From: Barthelona sp. PCE
Taxonomy: Eukaryota
NCBI GenBank assembly: GCA_040285745.1
Contig: JAUFOR010000001.1
Coordinates: 434,001 to 498,000 of the forward strand
DNA length: 64,000 bases
Direction of reading: 5' to 3'
Position numbers and translations under genes: made by a program
Shown: piece by piece, positions 29,593-40,422 of the stretch
How the letters are laid out: each line of letters begins with the position of its first letter
How positions within the stretch are numbered: the first letter of the stretch is position 1
Notes under the pieces: generated by a model
What the model was told of the DNA's origin: nothing
Databases searched by the model: none
What the model saw: the letters and a program-made list of their open reading frames with translations, nothing else

Positions 29593-31933
29593 TTAGTAGT
29601 CTTCAAAATCAGGGACATCAAAGTCGATGCTCAGGTCTGTATGCTCCACAGGACGGCGTAAAGATCCCTTGAGCTGTTGCTTAGCTCGGTCTCTCTGATT
29701 AAATTTGAATTCCTTCGGCTTGGTTAGTTTGATGCGTTTTTTGGATGCAGTTTTACCGAATACCTTGTTTTTGTGCGCTTCATCTGCCTGCTTGCGCTGG
29801 CGTGTCTTTGCCAACCTCACGTAATGTGAAATCTCAGCGTCAATCTTCATGTAATTGCGCAATAGGTCAGGATCCACATCTTTGCGAATTGAACCATCAG
29901 GGTGGAGCACTTCAGGCTTCAGAAGGTTGTACTGGTCCAGCAGTGTTACAGATACGTTACTGCTGACGACGCGGTCGGCCTTGGGGCGAGTAGGCGATGC
30001 CACAGATTGGTATGCAGTTGCCTGGAAACTGGTATGGCGTGCGTCACCTGTAGCGAACGGCACGCTTTGAGCCTCTCGCTTCTTTTTCTCCTCAGAACGT
30101 CGGATCCACTCACTTGTTGCAACCACAAATAGTGAATAGTTCTCACTGTTTTCGTGTAACGCCATTAACTTGCTAGGTGAACGCTTGGGTGAGCTCTTCT
30201 CATTAAGCGAGTGTACTGGCTTGCGGAGGGAGCTGACATTGTTGTCGTGGGTGAACTGGAAAGGTTTGGGCTTGGTCATATGTGGAACATAGTGGTCTCC
30301 GTACACCTTCGGCTTGAGAGCGTTCTCTTTACGCTTCTTCTCGGCACGGGCCCTTTCCAGGCGCTGAATGTGCTCAGTAACGCCGTGGAACTTGGTGATT
30401 GGTGACTTGCCAGGTGATTTTGCGGCCTTATCTTTCAGAATTCTACGCGTCATTTTCCTCGATGAAGAAAGGTCTGGTGTGGACATCTCTTTAACCTCAT
30501 TCTTGATCTTTGCCTGTCTGGCCTTCATCAGCTTCTCCTCCTTTTTCTTTGCCCACTGCGATAGACGATCAGAAACTGCCAGTGCGTTGGGGATCTTTTT
30601 AGCCTCGGGCTTTACGAAACGTTTCTCCTTCTCGGTCTGAATGAACTTCTCACGGTCCTCCTTACGCTTCTTCGCGGTTTGGTACAAATAAAGGTTGCGA
30701 TCCTTGACGTGCTCTCTCCTGTCATACTTCTTGGATACGAGGTGAGGGGAGAAGGTCAACTCTGCCATTTCCTTGTCTTCACGGATGATGGTGGCCTTGC
30801 GCTTCTTGGGGGAAAGCAAACGTTCAACTGATGAAGACGGCAACAAAGCAGCAATTTCACGAGACTTCTGGCAGAGTAACGGCTGACGTTCCATCTCTTC
30901 CTGCTCCAGTATACGCTGGATATCCTCCTCGCGGCGCTGAAGCAGTTCATTCTGACGCTCGTACAAATCTTCGTGAATCTTTCCTGTTCGTATGCTGCTA
31001 AAGGCGCTCTTATCGTTAATGCGTGGTGAAAACGTGTATTCTGCAGGGATATGGGAGTCTGCAACCTGCATAAGCGCAGATTTACGCTCGCTGGTGTTGT
31101 GAAATTCATCATACAGACGATTCCAGACATCACCCTCGCCTCGGTCCAAGTTCTGGGCCAACTCGGTGATCATGGGAGACGCGGGAACCTGCTCCTCCTG
31201 CAGCTTGCGGAGGGTGTTCTCAAGGCGCTGTTTGCGACCCTCTTCATATTCAATGAGACGATCGGGAAGATTCTTCTTCCAAACTTTCTCTCCCTCATTA
31301 TACTCTTCCTTCTGCTTCTTGAGGACGATTTCATTGGTCTTGTCGCTTATTTTAGGACCCTTTTGAATATGCTTATTGATATTCTTATCAAACTTTTTCT
31401 TGGAGGATAAGAGCGAACGTTCCTTCATTTTGTTCCATTCGTAGAAGTAGTCAATGAGCTCGTTCTCACGCTCGTACTCTTGTGCCATCTTTGTGAGCTG
31501 GGGGCGGAAGCGTAACTTCTTCATCTCAGCCTCTTCCTCAGCGGAAAGCTTTTCTTTGAGTTCCTTTACGTTTGCCTCCCGCTTCTCAAGGATGTCATCA
31601 ACAGCCTCGTGAATCGGCTTGGTTCGAATAGGCTTCTGAGCAATAAGTTCTTCAGAATGCTCGTTGATTTGAGGAGTACTCAGGACCTTTGTGGACTCAT
31701 ACATTTGTTTCTCGCGAAGTTCAGCGATGTTCTTTTCGTACTCACGTCCTTTAGCGATCAAATGATCCTCAATAGAAACATCTCGTTCAATACCCTGTGA
31801 TTGGGCGTTGATTGTGGGCGTCGCCGTGACATCATCGTAAGCTGGGTGACCTGTTGATTCACTGAAATCGTAAGTGTACTCAGAGGAATCCTAAAAGTTA
31901 AATTGTGTTTCCAATGTTTTCCACCTGCAACAT
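29593..31933 (-). CDS. Charged repeat protein with FxPxI/L and TKPKxFxF motifs (putative microtubule-associated); two exons (31933-31925, 31890-29593)
   Basis: The frame is open to 31890. ATG TTG CAG|GTGG..TTTAACTTTTAG|GAT TCC supplies a start. Repeats FRPQL, FSPRI, FSPHL, TKPKPFQF, TKPKEFKF. Confidence 0.75.
31891..31924 (-). other. Predicted 34-nt GT-AG spliceosomal intron
   Basis: GTGGAA...TTTAACTTTTAG; phase 0; removes an in-frame TAG and links an upstream ATG. Confidence 0.7.
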
Positions 31934-32425
31934 CTATCTGAATAGGGATGAAAATTATGCTCCCGGCCAGGTAGTGGGTTGTATGATGGAGTTATTCATA
32001 ATGTACATACATTCTGCAAATTTGTGGTGTGTGTGATGAGACGTTCCTGCAATCTCCTAATAAACTCGTCGTTCTCGGTATAATCCATTGCAAAGATGGT
32101 TGATATACAGCAAAACGGTATGAAATGGAAGAGAATGGTTTAAACATTTGGTTAATTCTCAAAACTCCTAGTATTATGTTCCCTTGCATACAAAAATACG
32201 TGTTATGCGCGATTCCATGTAGTATTTATTTAACAACTATGTACGTGCAGATGTTTCAGTGGTGTTTTGTATAAGATAATTATGAAGAATACAGTACCAG
32301 TATAAGGTGTTTAATGCGTTATCTACTTATTACAGATGATTGAAATGAGCGAATAAATCGACAAGCTCTAAGGGCTCAATTTGCTTTTCATTCTTTTTCA
32401 CAAACTTGCGTACATACCAAAGAAC

Positions 32426-33307
32426 ATGGGAAAGAAAATGAACAGATCTGGAAGAGCTGCTTGTGCCAGAGATACACTTGCCAAAATTGAAGCAGGTACA
32501 TACACCATTAACGGTTTAGAAGTGGATATCTCTGTTGAACAAACATTTGCTGTTGACAACACCAAGGTATACACCCCTACAGAACTCATAGAGCTAATGA
32601 ATGAGCCAATTGAGAAGAATGACAGCCCCACCATCTTTAATGTTATTGATCAGACCGTGATGGCCGCCTCAATGGAGTTGCTGGAAGGAGATGAGGGTCA
32701 TGAAGCTAAGGTTGGTTGTTTGAATTTTGCTTCCGCTAAAAACGCAGGAGGAGGAGTGCTTTCTGGTGCAGGTGCAGCTGAAGAGAGCATTTGTCGTGCA
32801 TCTGGTCTTTATCCATGCCTCGAACCATGCTCAACGTATTATGCTACGAATAGGAGAACAAAGGATGGTGTTTACACTGATCACTTAATTTATTCACCCC
32901 TTGTACCGTGCATCAAGAACGACGACGGTTGTCTGTTGTATGAGAAATCCCTAGTATCATTCATTACGATGCCAGCTGTGAACGCTGGTGTTGTCCGTAA
33001 GAGATATACAGGGGATATATCAGTTGAGCAATACATCACACAGATTATGAGCAGGCGAATCAGGATGGTACTCCACGTTGCAGCCAAGCAGGGGCTGAAG
33101 CGTCTGGTGCTGGGTGCATGGGGTGCAGGAGTTTTTCAGAACGATGTGGATATGATTGCAAGTGAGTTTGCTGAAGCACTGCAGAACCCTGAAAGCCCAT
33201 ACCATAATGTATTTGAGAAGGTTACGTTTGCTGTATATTCCTCTAATCCAAAGTTCATCAAACCTTTTAACGAATTGTTTTGTGAACAGAAAGAGGAGAC
33301 GGAATAG
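32426..33307 (+). CDS. TIGR02452/DUF2263 macrodomain protein (bacterial-type PARG-like)
   Basis: LNFASAKNAGGG..AEESICRASGLY, IYSP, FIT.PAVN, LVLGAWGAGVFQND, FEKVTFAV. Confidence 0.9.
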   Translation: MGKKMNRSGRAACARDTLAKIEAGTYTINGLEVDISVEQTFAVDNTKVYTPTELIELMNEPIEKNDSPTIFNVIDQTVMAASMELLEGDEGHEAKVGCLNFASAKNAGGGVLSGAGAAEESICRASGLYPCLEPCSTYYATNRRTKDGVYTDHLIYSPLVPCIKNDDGCLLYEKSLVSFITMPAVNAGVVRKRYTGDISVEQYITQIMSRRIRMVLHVAAKQGLKRLVLGAWGAGVFQNDVDMIASEFAEALQNPESPYHNVFEKVTFAVYSSNPKFIKPFNELFCEQKEETE

Positions 33308-33308
33308 C

Positions 33309-34652
33309 TCATTGCATAACAACAAGATCAGCCAAGAAATGAGATGCAGAGTATCCGCTCTCTGAATAAACATCGGGAAGGAATGCTTCAACGAATTCAC
33401 TGGAAAAAGGTTCTCCAACGGAGAGTTCAATTAGCTGCTCGGCTACGGATGTTATGGTCTTTCTGACTAGCGTCTTATACTGGCGCTTCGGTACAAGTGG
33501 TCTATGGTCGTGTAAAACGAGCAGAAACGAATGCCACTCCTGAATAAAGCGGACGCTGTTGAACCCCCTCATCGTAACCAGCTTCTTTAGCTTCCCAACG
33601 ATGCCACGCGGCGCTTCTGTTTCTTGAATACTGCATCTTGAGATCAAAGTGGTGCAAAAGTCGTCACAAAAGGAGATGAGGTTTGCAATGGTCTGTTTTG
33701 TGCGACTCCTTATGGTTGTTGCCATCTCTATGGGAAGCTCTATCCCCCTCGACAACTGTGCAACGTGATCATATACGGAAACGAGGCGGAACAATCTCGT
33801 AAGCGACTGCTTTTCATCCAAGTTGGCTAAATCCCAATACGTTTGTAATATAACGACAGAGAGTGCAAATGCCTCCATGTTGTCGCTCGAAAGCAACGAT
33901 ACTAGCTTTAAGATATGATCTGAAATATCACTCTTGCTGTCAAAGATATCTTCTATCGTAGCCTCGAGCAAATTAGCATGTTGGTTGATGTATGCCTCCA
34001 ACAGTGCCTCCAATTCTACCTGGTCAAGCACTTCCTCTTCTTCAGTACGGAAACTGATACTGATGTCTTCAGCGCTTTTGACCCCCTTTATCCACTGAGG
34101 CAGGTGGTCCGATGCCATGGAGCGGACTAAAGCGCGAGGGTCGTATTGTAAATGTGTCAAGCAAAAAGTACGGAATTCATTGAGTTCGTCAACGAGATCC
34201 TGAAGCTTATTGTAATCTACACCAGTAGTATACAATTGCTTCAGGATGATGGAGGCTACCGAATCGGCCCCACCCTCACCTTTAGCATTGTACTTCATTG
34301 ATAGGATCCGCCCTTTCATTTTGTCGATTGCTTCATCCAACTTCTCAGCATGAACAATCAAATCACTAAACTGATCTGCCTCCTCGATAATACTTGAGAG
34401 CTGGGCAACACCGATATCCACATGATCAAATGGTAGTATAGTCTGCTCATAAATATCAATGTATTTCCCAACTACCGCCTTTTGCGATTCCAGCTCAGCA
34501 GCTCTCCCCTCTAATGCAGAAATATCCTCACTATAAACCTCCTTGTACGTTACATTATTAAGAACATTTGATAAACCTTTTAATAAACCCTGTGACTCCT
34601 CCACAATATTTGAGATCCTGGAATCAAAGTCAAACTCGGGTAGATCTGACAT
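33309..34652 (-). CDS. Hypothetical helical protein, weakly reminiscent of a CATCHR tethering subunit (Vps52/Sec3-like)
   Basis: 447-aa ORF with an N-terminal coiled coil. The family guess is weak; confidence refers mainly to it being a gene. Confidence 0.6.
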   Translation of the reverse strand: MSDLPEFDFDSRISNIVEESQGLLKGLSNVLNNVTYKEVYSEDISALEGRAAELESQKAVVGKYIDIYEQTILPFDHVDIGVAQLSSIIEEADQFSDLIVHAEKLDEAIDKMKGRILSMKYNAKGEGGADSVASIILKQLYTTGVDYNKLQDLVDELNEFRTFCLTHLQYDPRALVRSMASDHLPQWIKGVKSAEDISISFRTEEEEVLDQVELEALLEAYINQHANLLEATIEDIFDSKSDISDHILKLVSLLSSDNMEAFALSVVILQTYWDLANLDEKQSLTRLFRLVSVYDHVAQLSRGIELPIEMATTIRSRTKQTIANLISFCDDFCTTLISRCSIQETEAPRGIVGKLKKLVTMRGFNSVRFIQEWHSFLLVLHDHRPLVPKRQYKTLVRKTITSVAEQLIELSVGEPFSSEFVEAFLPDVYSESGYSASHFLADLVVMQ

Positions 34653-34712
34653 GAAATAAAAACACTGAGAAGGTTAAAAAAAGTTATACACTAATGACTG
34701 TACATTTACATC

Positions 34713-37700
34713 TTATTTTCTAGATTTGGCTCTCTTCTTCTTATCTCCAAGCTCTGGCTGGCCTGCACGCAACATGGACACGACAAGAGGCTGCTTAATA
34801 GCTTCATCAGCAGGCATTAACAAATCAACATCTTTGAACATTGTTTGAAGCTTAAATAATCTCTTACCGAAGGGATAGCGCTTGAATAGTGCAAGCGGGA
34901 GCCTGTCATCAAGACCAAACAAACCGTTGATGAAATCTTGAGTGAATACCTCTTTCGATCCAAAGTTAAAAAATTCATACGCAACTTCTCTTGGTAAAGC
35001 GTGGTTCTCACCATAACTAAGCACCTTCCACATATCCTCCCATGAATCGCAAGTGACGAAATGAAGAGCAAAAGTGGAGAAAGGAATTGTCTCAATTCCC
35101 AGAATTTCAAACAGTAACCTTGTTTCAATCGATAGCTCATCAAGGATATCGGCGAGGTCTTCACTGTCCACGCCATCGGTGTCGTTCTCGAACAACCAAC
35201 GATACATTTTTGCCGATCTTGTGGTTACCCGCTCAATGGGGAGCAATTGAGACAGTAGAACAGGTAGAGACACAAAACCAGTGTTACGGTAATCCAGGCT
35301 GTCGGTCATGGCCTGAATCATGAGCATGCTAATGTTGTGCCAGCTCTTGGGAAGAACAGGCGCAACTAGCTGGCTCTTTGAAATTGTATATAACGCCTTT
35401 TGAAGCTTCTCCTTTGGATAGAAGTGACGCTCATCTCCTGCGACCAGCGTGCATACATTATCGTACAGATAGCGGACCTGTTCAACACTCCACTCCTCTT
35501 CACAAATTTCGTCAGGCATGTCGAGTGATGAAGGGAGTTCTGTGCGTGCAAGAACGATGGAGTCATCCTGGAGCAGCTTGCCTCCCTCAATTGTTACACG
35601 CTTTGTGAGAGGCCTACTCTCGATGACTAAATTGAGCAGATAGCTACGGAGGTTCTGTACAACGTCGACAGTTCCTTGGTATGCCTTGTCGATCGTCTCA
35701 CCAATGACATCAAAGTAACCCTGGAATCCACTGATATATCCGTCTTTTATCTCACTGTAAAGCTTAACGATGCGCTGTACACGTTTGTTGAAGAGTTCGG
35801 ATTCAATTCTGAGAATCTGAGCGATTTCGCTGTGGAGCGATTTCTCCAGTTCGTACTGAACCTGATCATGTTGGAAGGTGGAAAGGCCCTCTTCATCATC
35901 CTCAGCTGGTTCTTCAGGTGCCTCAGGCTCGAGCTCCATAATCGGGGTATCATCGACTAGGTTGAGGGTGCTCTGGGCCACCGTCTCCATCTGTGCACAT
36001 ACGAAATCATTGATACCGGTGGGCTGTACCTTCTGCTTCTTCTTCTTTGCAGTAGAAGGTCTGAAATCTAGGTTCAATTCCCTCAACGCTAGTTTTTCAA
36101 CCTCAGGAATGGGTTGGCGCGAAAGCATACAGTAAGCGACCTTTAAGAACTCTCTTGTCACAGCGTAACGGTATCCTTCGACCCTGATGATGTTAAGGAA
36201 AACGATACTGATGGCGTTCAGGATCTCAAGGTAGAAGCCGGAGTTGGTGATCTCCTCGCGCTTTTCTTTGTTAGCGTCGTGCATCTTATCAATCTCAGCA
36301 TAGATTTCATCAATGAAGACAACGACTGTGTTTGCCAGGAATTCCTTGACGTCGTCCTCGTGGCGGAGTACCTGCTCCACACCGTTGAACTCCGTCTCAA
36401 ACGTAGCAATGCGGTCCGAAACATCCAGCTCACGACACACATAGACATCAAACTCCTTGAAGAGTGTGATCAGCGAACGGACACTGAGCTCACGTGAAGA
36501 TCGCAGCGTGTGGAAAGAGCGGCGCATTGCACGGGAGAACACTGATTCGAGGTTAGCCCAGTGCTTTTGAAGGACAGAAGCCGTTTTGAAATCAATTTCT
36601 AGAGCCTTCTCTACCGGTTTCTCTTCTTCGACCTCCTCCTTGGCGTCACGGTTGAGCACGTCAAAGAATATCTCCTCGATGACGTCATCAGGGCAGATCT
36701 CATCGATGTCTACAATTTTAATTGGTGATGTCTCGAACTCATCATAGAATGCCTTTAGGGCTTCTATCTCAGCCTCAAGCTCAACAATTCGATCAACAAG
36801 ACCGTCGGAGAGGGCCTGGACACCGTCTTCACCTGCTCTGGATTCGTCAACTTCAGAGTGAATGAAGGTATCATAGACCTTGTTAACAACCTCACCTAAG
36901 AGCACATCACTGTTTGGCTCAACGTACACAACAGTGTCAAATACAGAAGTAATGGCTGGGGCAGCAATGCCAGTACCGGGTTTTAACCCACTCTTTTTCT
37001 TCTTCTGTTTAGGAGCTCCGCTCAACACGGACTCTATGGCAGAGACCATGCGAGGGGGGAAGCCTGAAATGATAAAGCCCATGGGCGCCTCCATCGGCAT
37101 TCCGCTTTCGTCAAGAGGGACTTCGCCAAAAAGCTCTTCAGGATTAGGCAGATCTGACAACACTGGGAGCATGCGCACGTATAATGTGAGCATGTCAACC
37201 AGTACCTGGTCAGGCACAGGTTTTCCCTTCGACGTAGCGGTGGTTATGAGCTGTCCAATGTACTGTTGCGATTGTGCAAGTCCACCTGGCGTTACGTCAA
37301 CCTCGGGCATCTTCTTCCGCTTGACAAAATCCTCGGCCTCCGTAGCTGCAACGCAGTCCGTAATCATCTTAGGCATGTTTAGATCGTGTACTAAGAATCT
37401 TAGCTTAAGGGACTCGATGACCGTACCAAGGCATTCGCCCAAAACGACAGCCTTGATGTCGCACCTCTTGAGGATCGGCTCTGGTTCTGGGATCCTTGGT
37501 GGTGCCACGGTGTCATAAATTCGAGTTAAGAATCTTCCTAACGCATGGTTAACAACTGATGGTAATGGGATATCTCTCACACCCTCTTCCTCTTTCTCTG
37601 TACCTTGTTCTTCCTCTTCGGGCTCATCAACTGGCTCATCAAAAGCCCACATGCCCTCTGCACTGAGGTAATCCTCCAAAAACTTGGCATCGATCTCGTC

Positions 37701-38402
37701 AACGAATTCATCCATATCGATGTTCTCATCCACAGCCTTGATCTCCTCAAAGACGTCCTTCTTCTTGAAATCTGCCAACAAGAACCTCTTCTTCAATTCG
37801 GTTATGAAATCAACGGGAATCCCAGCATCGAACGTCTCTTCCTTCTTGTCGATGATGGTGTCAAATACATGGAGGAGTTGGTCCACAGTGTGTGAGACGA
37901 CGCCCACCTTGATTGTTTCATCCTTGGCAATTCGTGCAGTGCGTTTCTTCTCAAGATCTGCCTTTTTTGTTTTTAGAACGGTGGAAGCCTCTGTACGAAG
38001 CATGTCAGCACGGTCTTGCAGCTTGGCTACCTTCTCGTTCTCCTTACGTTGTGTTTCCACAACAATAGACTGTTTTTCTTCTTCAAAACTATTGACGAGA
38101 TAGTCTTCAATAGCACGTGTTGCGTTCAGTTTCTCGAGCGCCTCCTGCTCCTCAGCAGTCTTCATGGTAATCTTCTCTTTGAAAACAGACATGTTGCGTG
38201 TTTTCAATTGTGATGTCTGCAGGTTCTTGTGCTCTTGCATAATGTTCTTCCTTCTCTTATCGCGCTCCTTGCGTGCTGCGTCCTTAGCAGCCTTTCGTGA
38301 TCGAATACGTTGAATATAAGCATCAGAAGAGTTTTTATCAACGGCTTCAACGCCTCGCGGCTTTGAACTCGCTCCGAATGGTGCAAAACTCGAACTGTTC
38401 AT
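34713..38402 (-). CDS. SPEF2: SPEF2/CPC1-like central-pair protein (no N-terminal CH domain seen)
   Basis: YIQRIRSRKAAKDAARKERDKRR block, YLSAEGMW, NHALG, degenerate adenylate-kinase domain (PVPDQVLVDM, GFIISGFP). Confidence 0.75.
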   Translation of the reverse strand: MNSSSFAPFGASSKPRGVEAVDKNSSDAYIQRIRSRKAAKDAARKERDKRRKNIMQEHKNLQTSQLKTRNMSVFKEKITMKTAEEQEALEKLNATRAIEDYLVNSFEEEKQSIVVETQRKENEKVAKLQDRADMLRTEASTVLKTKKADLEKKRTARIAKDETIKVGVVSHTVDQLLHVFDTIIDKKEETFDAGIPVDFITELKKRFLLADFKKKDVFEEIKAVDENIDMDEFVDEIDAKFLEDYLSAEGMWAFDEPVDEPEEEEQGTEKEEEGVRDIPLPSVVNHALGRFLTRIYDTVAPPRIPEPEPILKRCDIKAVVLGECLGTVIESLKLRFLVHDLNMPKMITDCVAATEAEDFVKRKKMPEVDVTPGGLAQSQQYIGQLITTATSKGKPVPDQVLVDMLTLYVRMLPVLSDLPNPEELFGEVPLDESGMPMEAPMGFIISGFPPRMVSAIESVLSGAPKQKKKKSGLKPGTGIAAPAITSVFDTVVYVEPNSDVLLGEVVNKVYDTFIHSEVDESRAGEDGVQALSDGLVDRIVELEAEIEALKAFYDEFETSPIKIVDIDEICPDDVIEEIFFDVLNRDAKEEVEEEKPVEKALEIDFKTASVLQKHWANLESVFSRAMRRSFHTLRSSRELSVRSLITLFKEFDVYVCRELDVSDRIATFETEFNGVEQVLRHEDDVKEFLANTVVVFIDEIYAEIDKMHDANKEKREEITNSGFYLEILNAISIVFLNIIRVEGYRYAVTREFLKVAYCMLSRQPIPEVEKLALRELNLDFRPSTAKKKKQKVQPTGINDFVCAQMETVAQSTLNLVDDTPIMELEPEAPEEPAEDDEEGLSTFQHDQVQYELEKSLHSEIAQILRIESELFNKRVQRIVKLYSEIKDGYISGFQGYFDVIGETIDKAYQGTVDVVQNLRSYLLNLVIESRPLTKRVTIEGGKLLQDDSIVLARTELPSSLDMPDEICEEEWSVEQVRYLYDNVCTLVAGDERHFYPKEKLQKALYTISKSQLVAPVLPKSWHNISMLMIQAMTDSLDYRNTGFVSLPVLLSQLLPIERVTTRSAKMYRWLFENDTDGVDSEDLADILDELSIETRLLFEILGIETIPFSTFALHFVTCDSWEDMWKVLSYGENHALPREVAYEFFNFGSKEVFTQDFINGLFGLDDRLPLALFKRYPFGKRLFKLQTMFKDVDLLMPADEAIKQPLVVSMLRAGQPELGDKKKRAKSRK

Positions 38403-38550
38403 GATACACTTGTGATTAGCTTATGTTTCGAATAGAAAGAGTGAAATTCAGAAAACAATTCTGTTCTCGGAATAAACATATTTTTACTTTTACTTTATGG
38501 GCATGTGAGCCTCACAAAAATCGTATTTTACAAAATTTTTAGCCAAAAAA

Positions 38551-39339
38551 CTAAATACTCATACTATAAATATTTCCTGTTGTTCTTTCTGCGATATATA
38601 ATCTTCTATTCATCACAGCAATGTCAGAAATCCAGTTACCCTCGGGGAGATCAACACTCCTCAACAAAGAACCATCATGCGTCAAGAAAGAGACCCTACC
38701 AATTCCTTCAGTGCTCAGATCACTGCGACCAACAATGATATGACGCTCTGTCATGCAAACAGCTGTCGGGCCAAACCCGCCTGCGAACTGATGGAAGATA
38801 GAAGCATGCCATACACCTTGAGGATGTTGGACAAATTTCAAAAGACGATTGGTGCAAGTCTCTGTAACAAAGATAACCTTCTCTTTTTTATCCATTGTGA
38901 TGGCAGAGGGGTAGGCCATGCACTCACCGGACAGGTCCTCGAGTAGCTGATCTGATACAGACATAAGCATTCCCTTTGGAGAAGCAAGAGATGTTGATCC
39001 GAAGGGACCTCCATCTACAAAGTAGAGATCTCCCAGGGCGTCAAAATAGAGGCCTGTGGGACCGCGTAAAGGAGAGCCTTCATGATCCTTGACGAATTCA
39101 ATAAGGTCTGAATCGCTTTCGAGATACAAGACAGCATGGTGGATAAGATCGCCGCAAAACAGCGCTCCGTCCTGTGAGAAACAGAGGCTTGAGACTACAC
39201 CACCCGTATTTGCAATGATATCGGGTGTTTCATCAACAATTCTAATGATATCACCGCTTGTGCTGCCCACGTATATCATGTTGTTATTAATTGCCATAGC
39301 CGAAAGGCCCGAGCACACATTTGTTAACTCGCGTTGCAT
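38551..39339 (-). CDS. SMP-30/gluconolactonase-like (NHL) beta-propeller protein
   Basis: GSPLRGPTGLYFD..GDLYFVD, YPSAI, IFVTETCTNRLL, GGFGP. Start at MQREL is a best guess (alternative ATG at 39426). Confidence 0.8.
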   Translation of the reverse strand: MQRELTNVCSGLSAMAINNNMIYVGSTSGDIIRIVDETPDIIANTGGVVSSLCFSQDGALFCGDLIHHAVLYLESDSDLIEFVKDHEGSPLRGPTGLYFDALGDLYFVDGGPFGSTSLASPKGMLMSVSDQLLEDLSGECMAYPSAITMDKKEKVIFVTETCTNRLLKFVQHPQGVWHASIFHQFAGGFGPTAVCMTERHIIVGRSDLSTEGIGRVSFLTHDGSLLRSVDLPEGNWISDIAVMNRRLYIAERTTGNIYSMSI

Positions 39340-39448
39340 TGTATGAGGAGAAATACTAGAATACGCTTTCTTTTCCTTTTCACCAGTACGTTTTTCTGAG
39401 GCAACAGAAAAGTGGATTTCGTACATACTGGGCAAATACAGTTAACAT

Positions 39449-40381
39449 ATGACAACTATTACACTTGATAATATGGTCAGTGATCTTCAGGCGGTCCTTG
39501 GTGAGTTTGACACCACCAAGAGGACATATCCGGGAAGCACACAAGCTAGAATGTTGCTCATGATTTACAAGCGCATCATTAAATTGGTAGGCTGTTCATT
39601 TCATGATGTTTTCCGCGATTATATGGGGTCATCTGTTCGGGTAAAGACCAAAAGCGCGCGTTTCAACCGGTCACAGAGCCTAGGAGCGTTGACATGCACA
39701 GGCTTTGACATTCCACAACAGCAAAAACCAAAACAAAAACGCTCAAAGAGTAGACCAAAGGCTGAGGAACCAATTCCACGACCACTCACGGTGGCCAGGG
39801 GAATCCAAGCACGCCCCCTTGTTGTATCCAAGGGTTCTGGAACAGTTAATTATGATGTGCGTGAAAGCAGTGTTCAGGCAGCATGCGATTCTTTTCCTAA
39901 AGCAACGCAGTTCTACAAAGATGTTAATGACGCTGCAGTATTCTGCGACATGCTCCCGGCGCCTCCACAGGTTGACGTTGAAGGGATTAGAGAACAAGTA
40001 TTACTCTTACAGAATAGAGCAAATGAGTTGCAGCTGATGAACACTCAACTAGACAGACTGTACAAGTGTGACGTAGAAGCCTTACGCAAATGCCGTGCTA
40101 GGAACGATGCGCTTGAGAGCGAACTTGAGGAGTATGGTTTAGTTGCTATTGATTTGAAGGGTGAAATTGCACGCTTAAATAAGAAGCTTTCTCTTTACGA
40201 AAGCAATGGAAATGTTCGTTTACAGAGCATTCAGGATCGAAACAACCATACAGCACGCATGGCTCAGCTTCAGAAGACACATGAGACTGAAACAAAGGTG
40301 ATACGTAGTCGGTTAAGAGCGACTGAGTTAGAGAGAGATTTTTTAAAAGATCAAGTGATGAAACTAACACAATTGGAATAA
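39449..40381 (+). CDS. Hypothetical coiled-coil protein
   Basis: 310-aa ATG ORF with C-terminal heptads. Confidence 0.7.
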   Translation: MTTITLDNMVSDLQAVLGEFDTTKRTYPGSTQARMLLMIYKRIIKLVGCSFHDVFRDYMGSSVRVKTKSARFNRSQSLGALTCTGFDIPQQQKPKQKRSKSRPKAEEPIPRPLTVARGIQARPLVVSKGSGTVNYDVRESSVQAACDSFPKATQFYKDVNDAAVFCDMLPAPPQVDVEGIREQVLLLQNRANELQLMNTQLDRLYKCDVEALRKCRARNDALESELEEYGLVAIDLKGEIARLNKKLSLYESNGNVRLQSIQDRNNHTARMAQLQKTHETETKVIRSRLRATELERDFLKDQVMKLTQLE

Positions 40382-40422
40382 ATAAAAACTGTTTTTTACA
40401 GAGTATATATTACATTGAAAGA

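Noticed and set aside
31948-32280. Possible small gene with an internal TGA (ICGVCDETF..KDG*YTAKRY)
   Set aside because: No in-frame start or usable splice acceptor and no recognisable motif.
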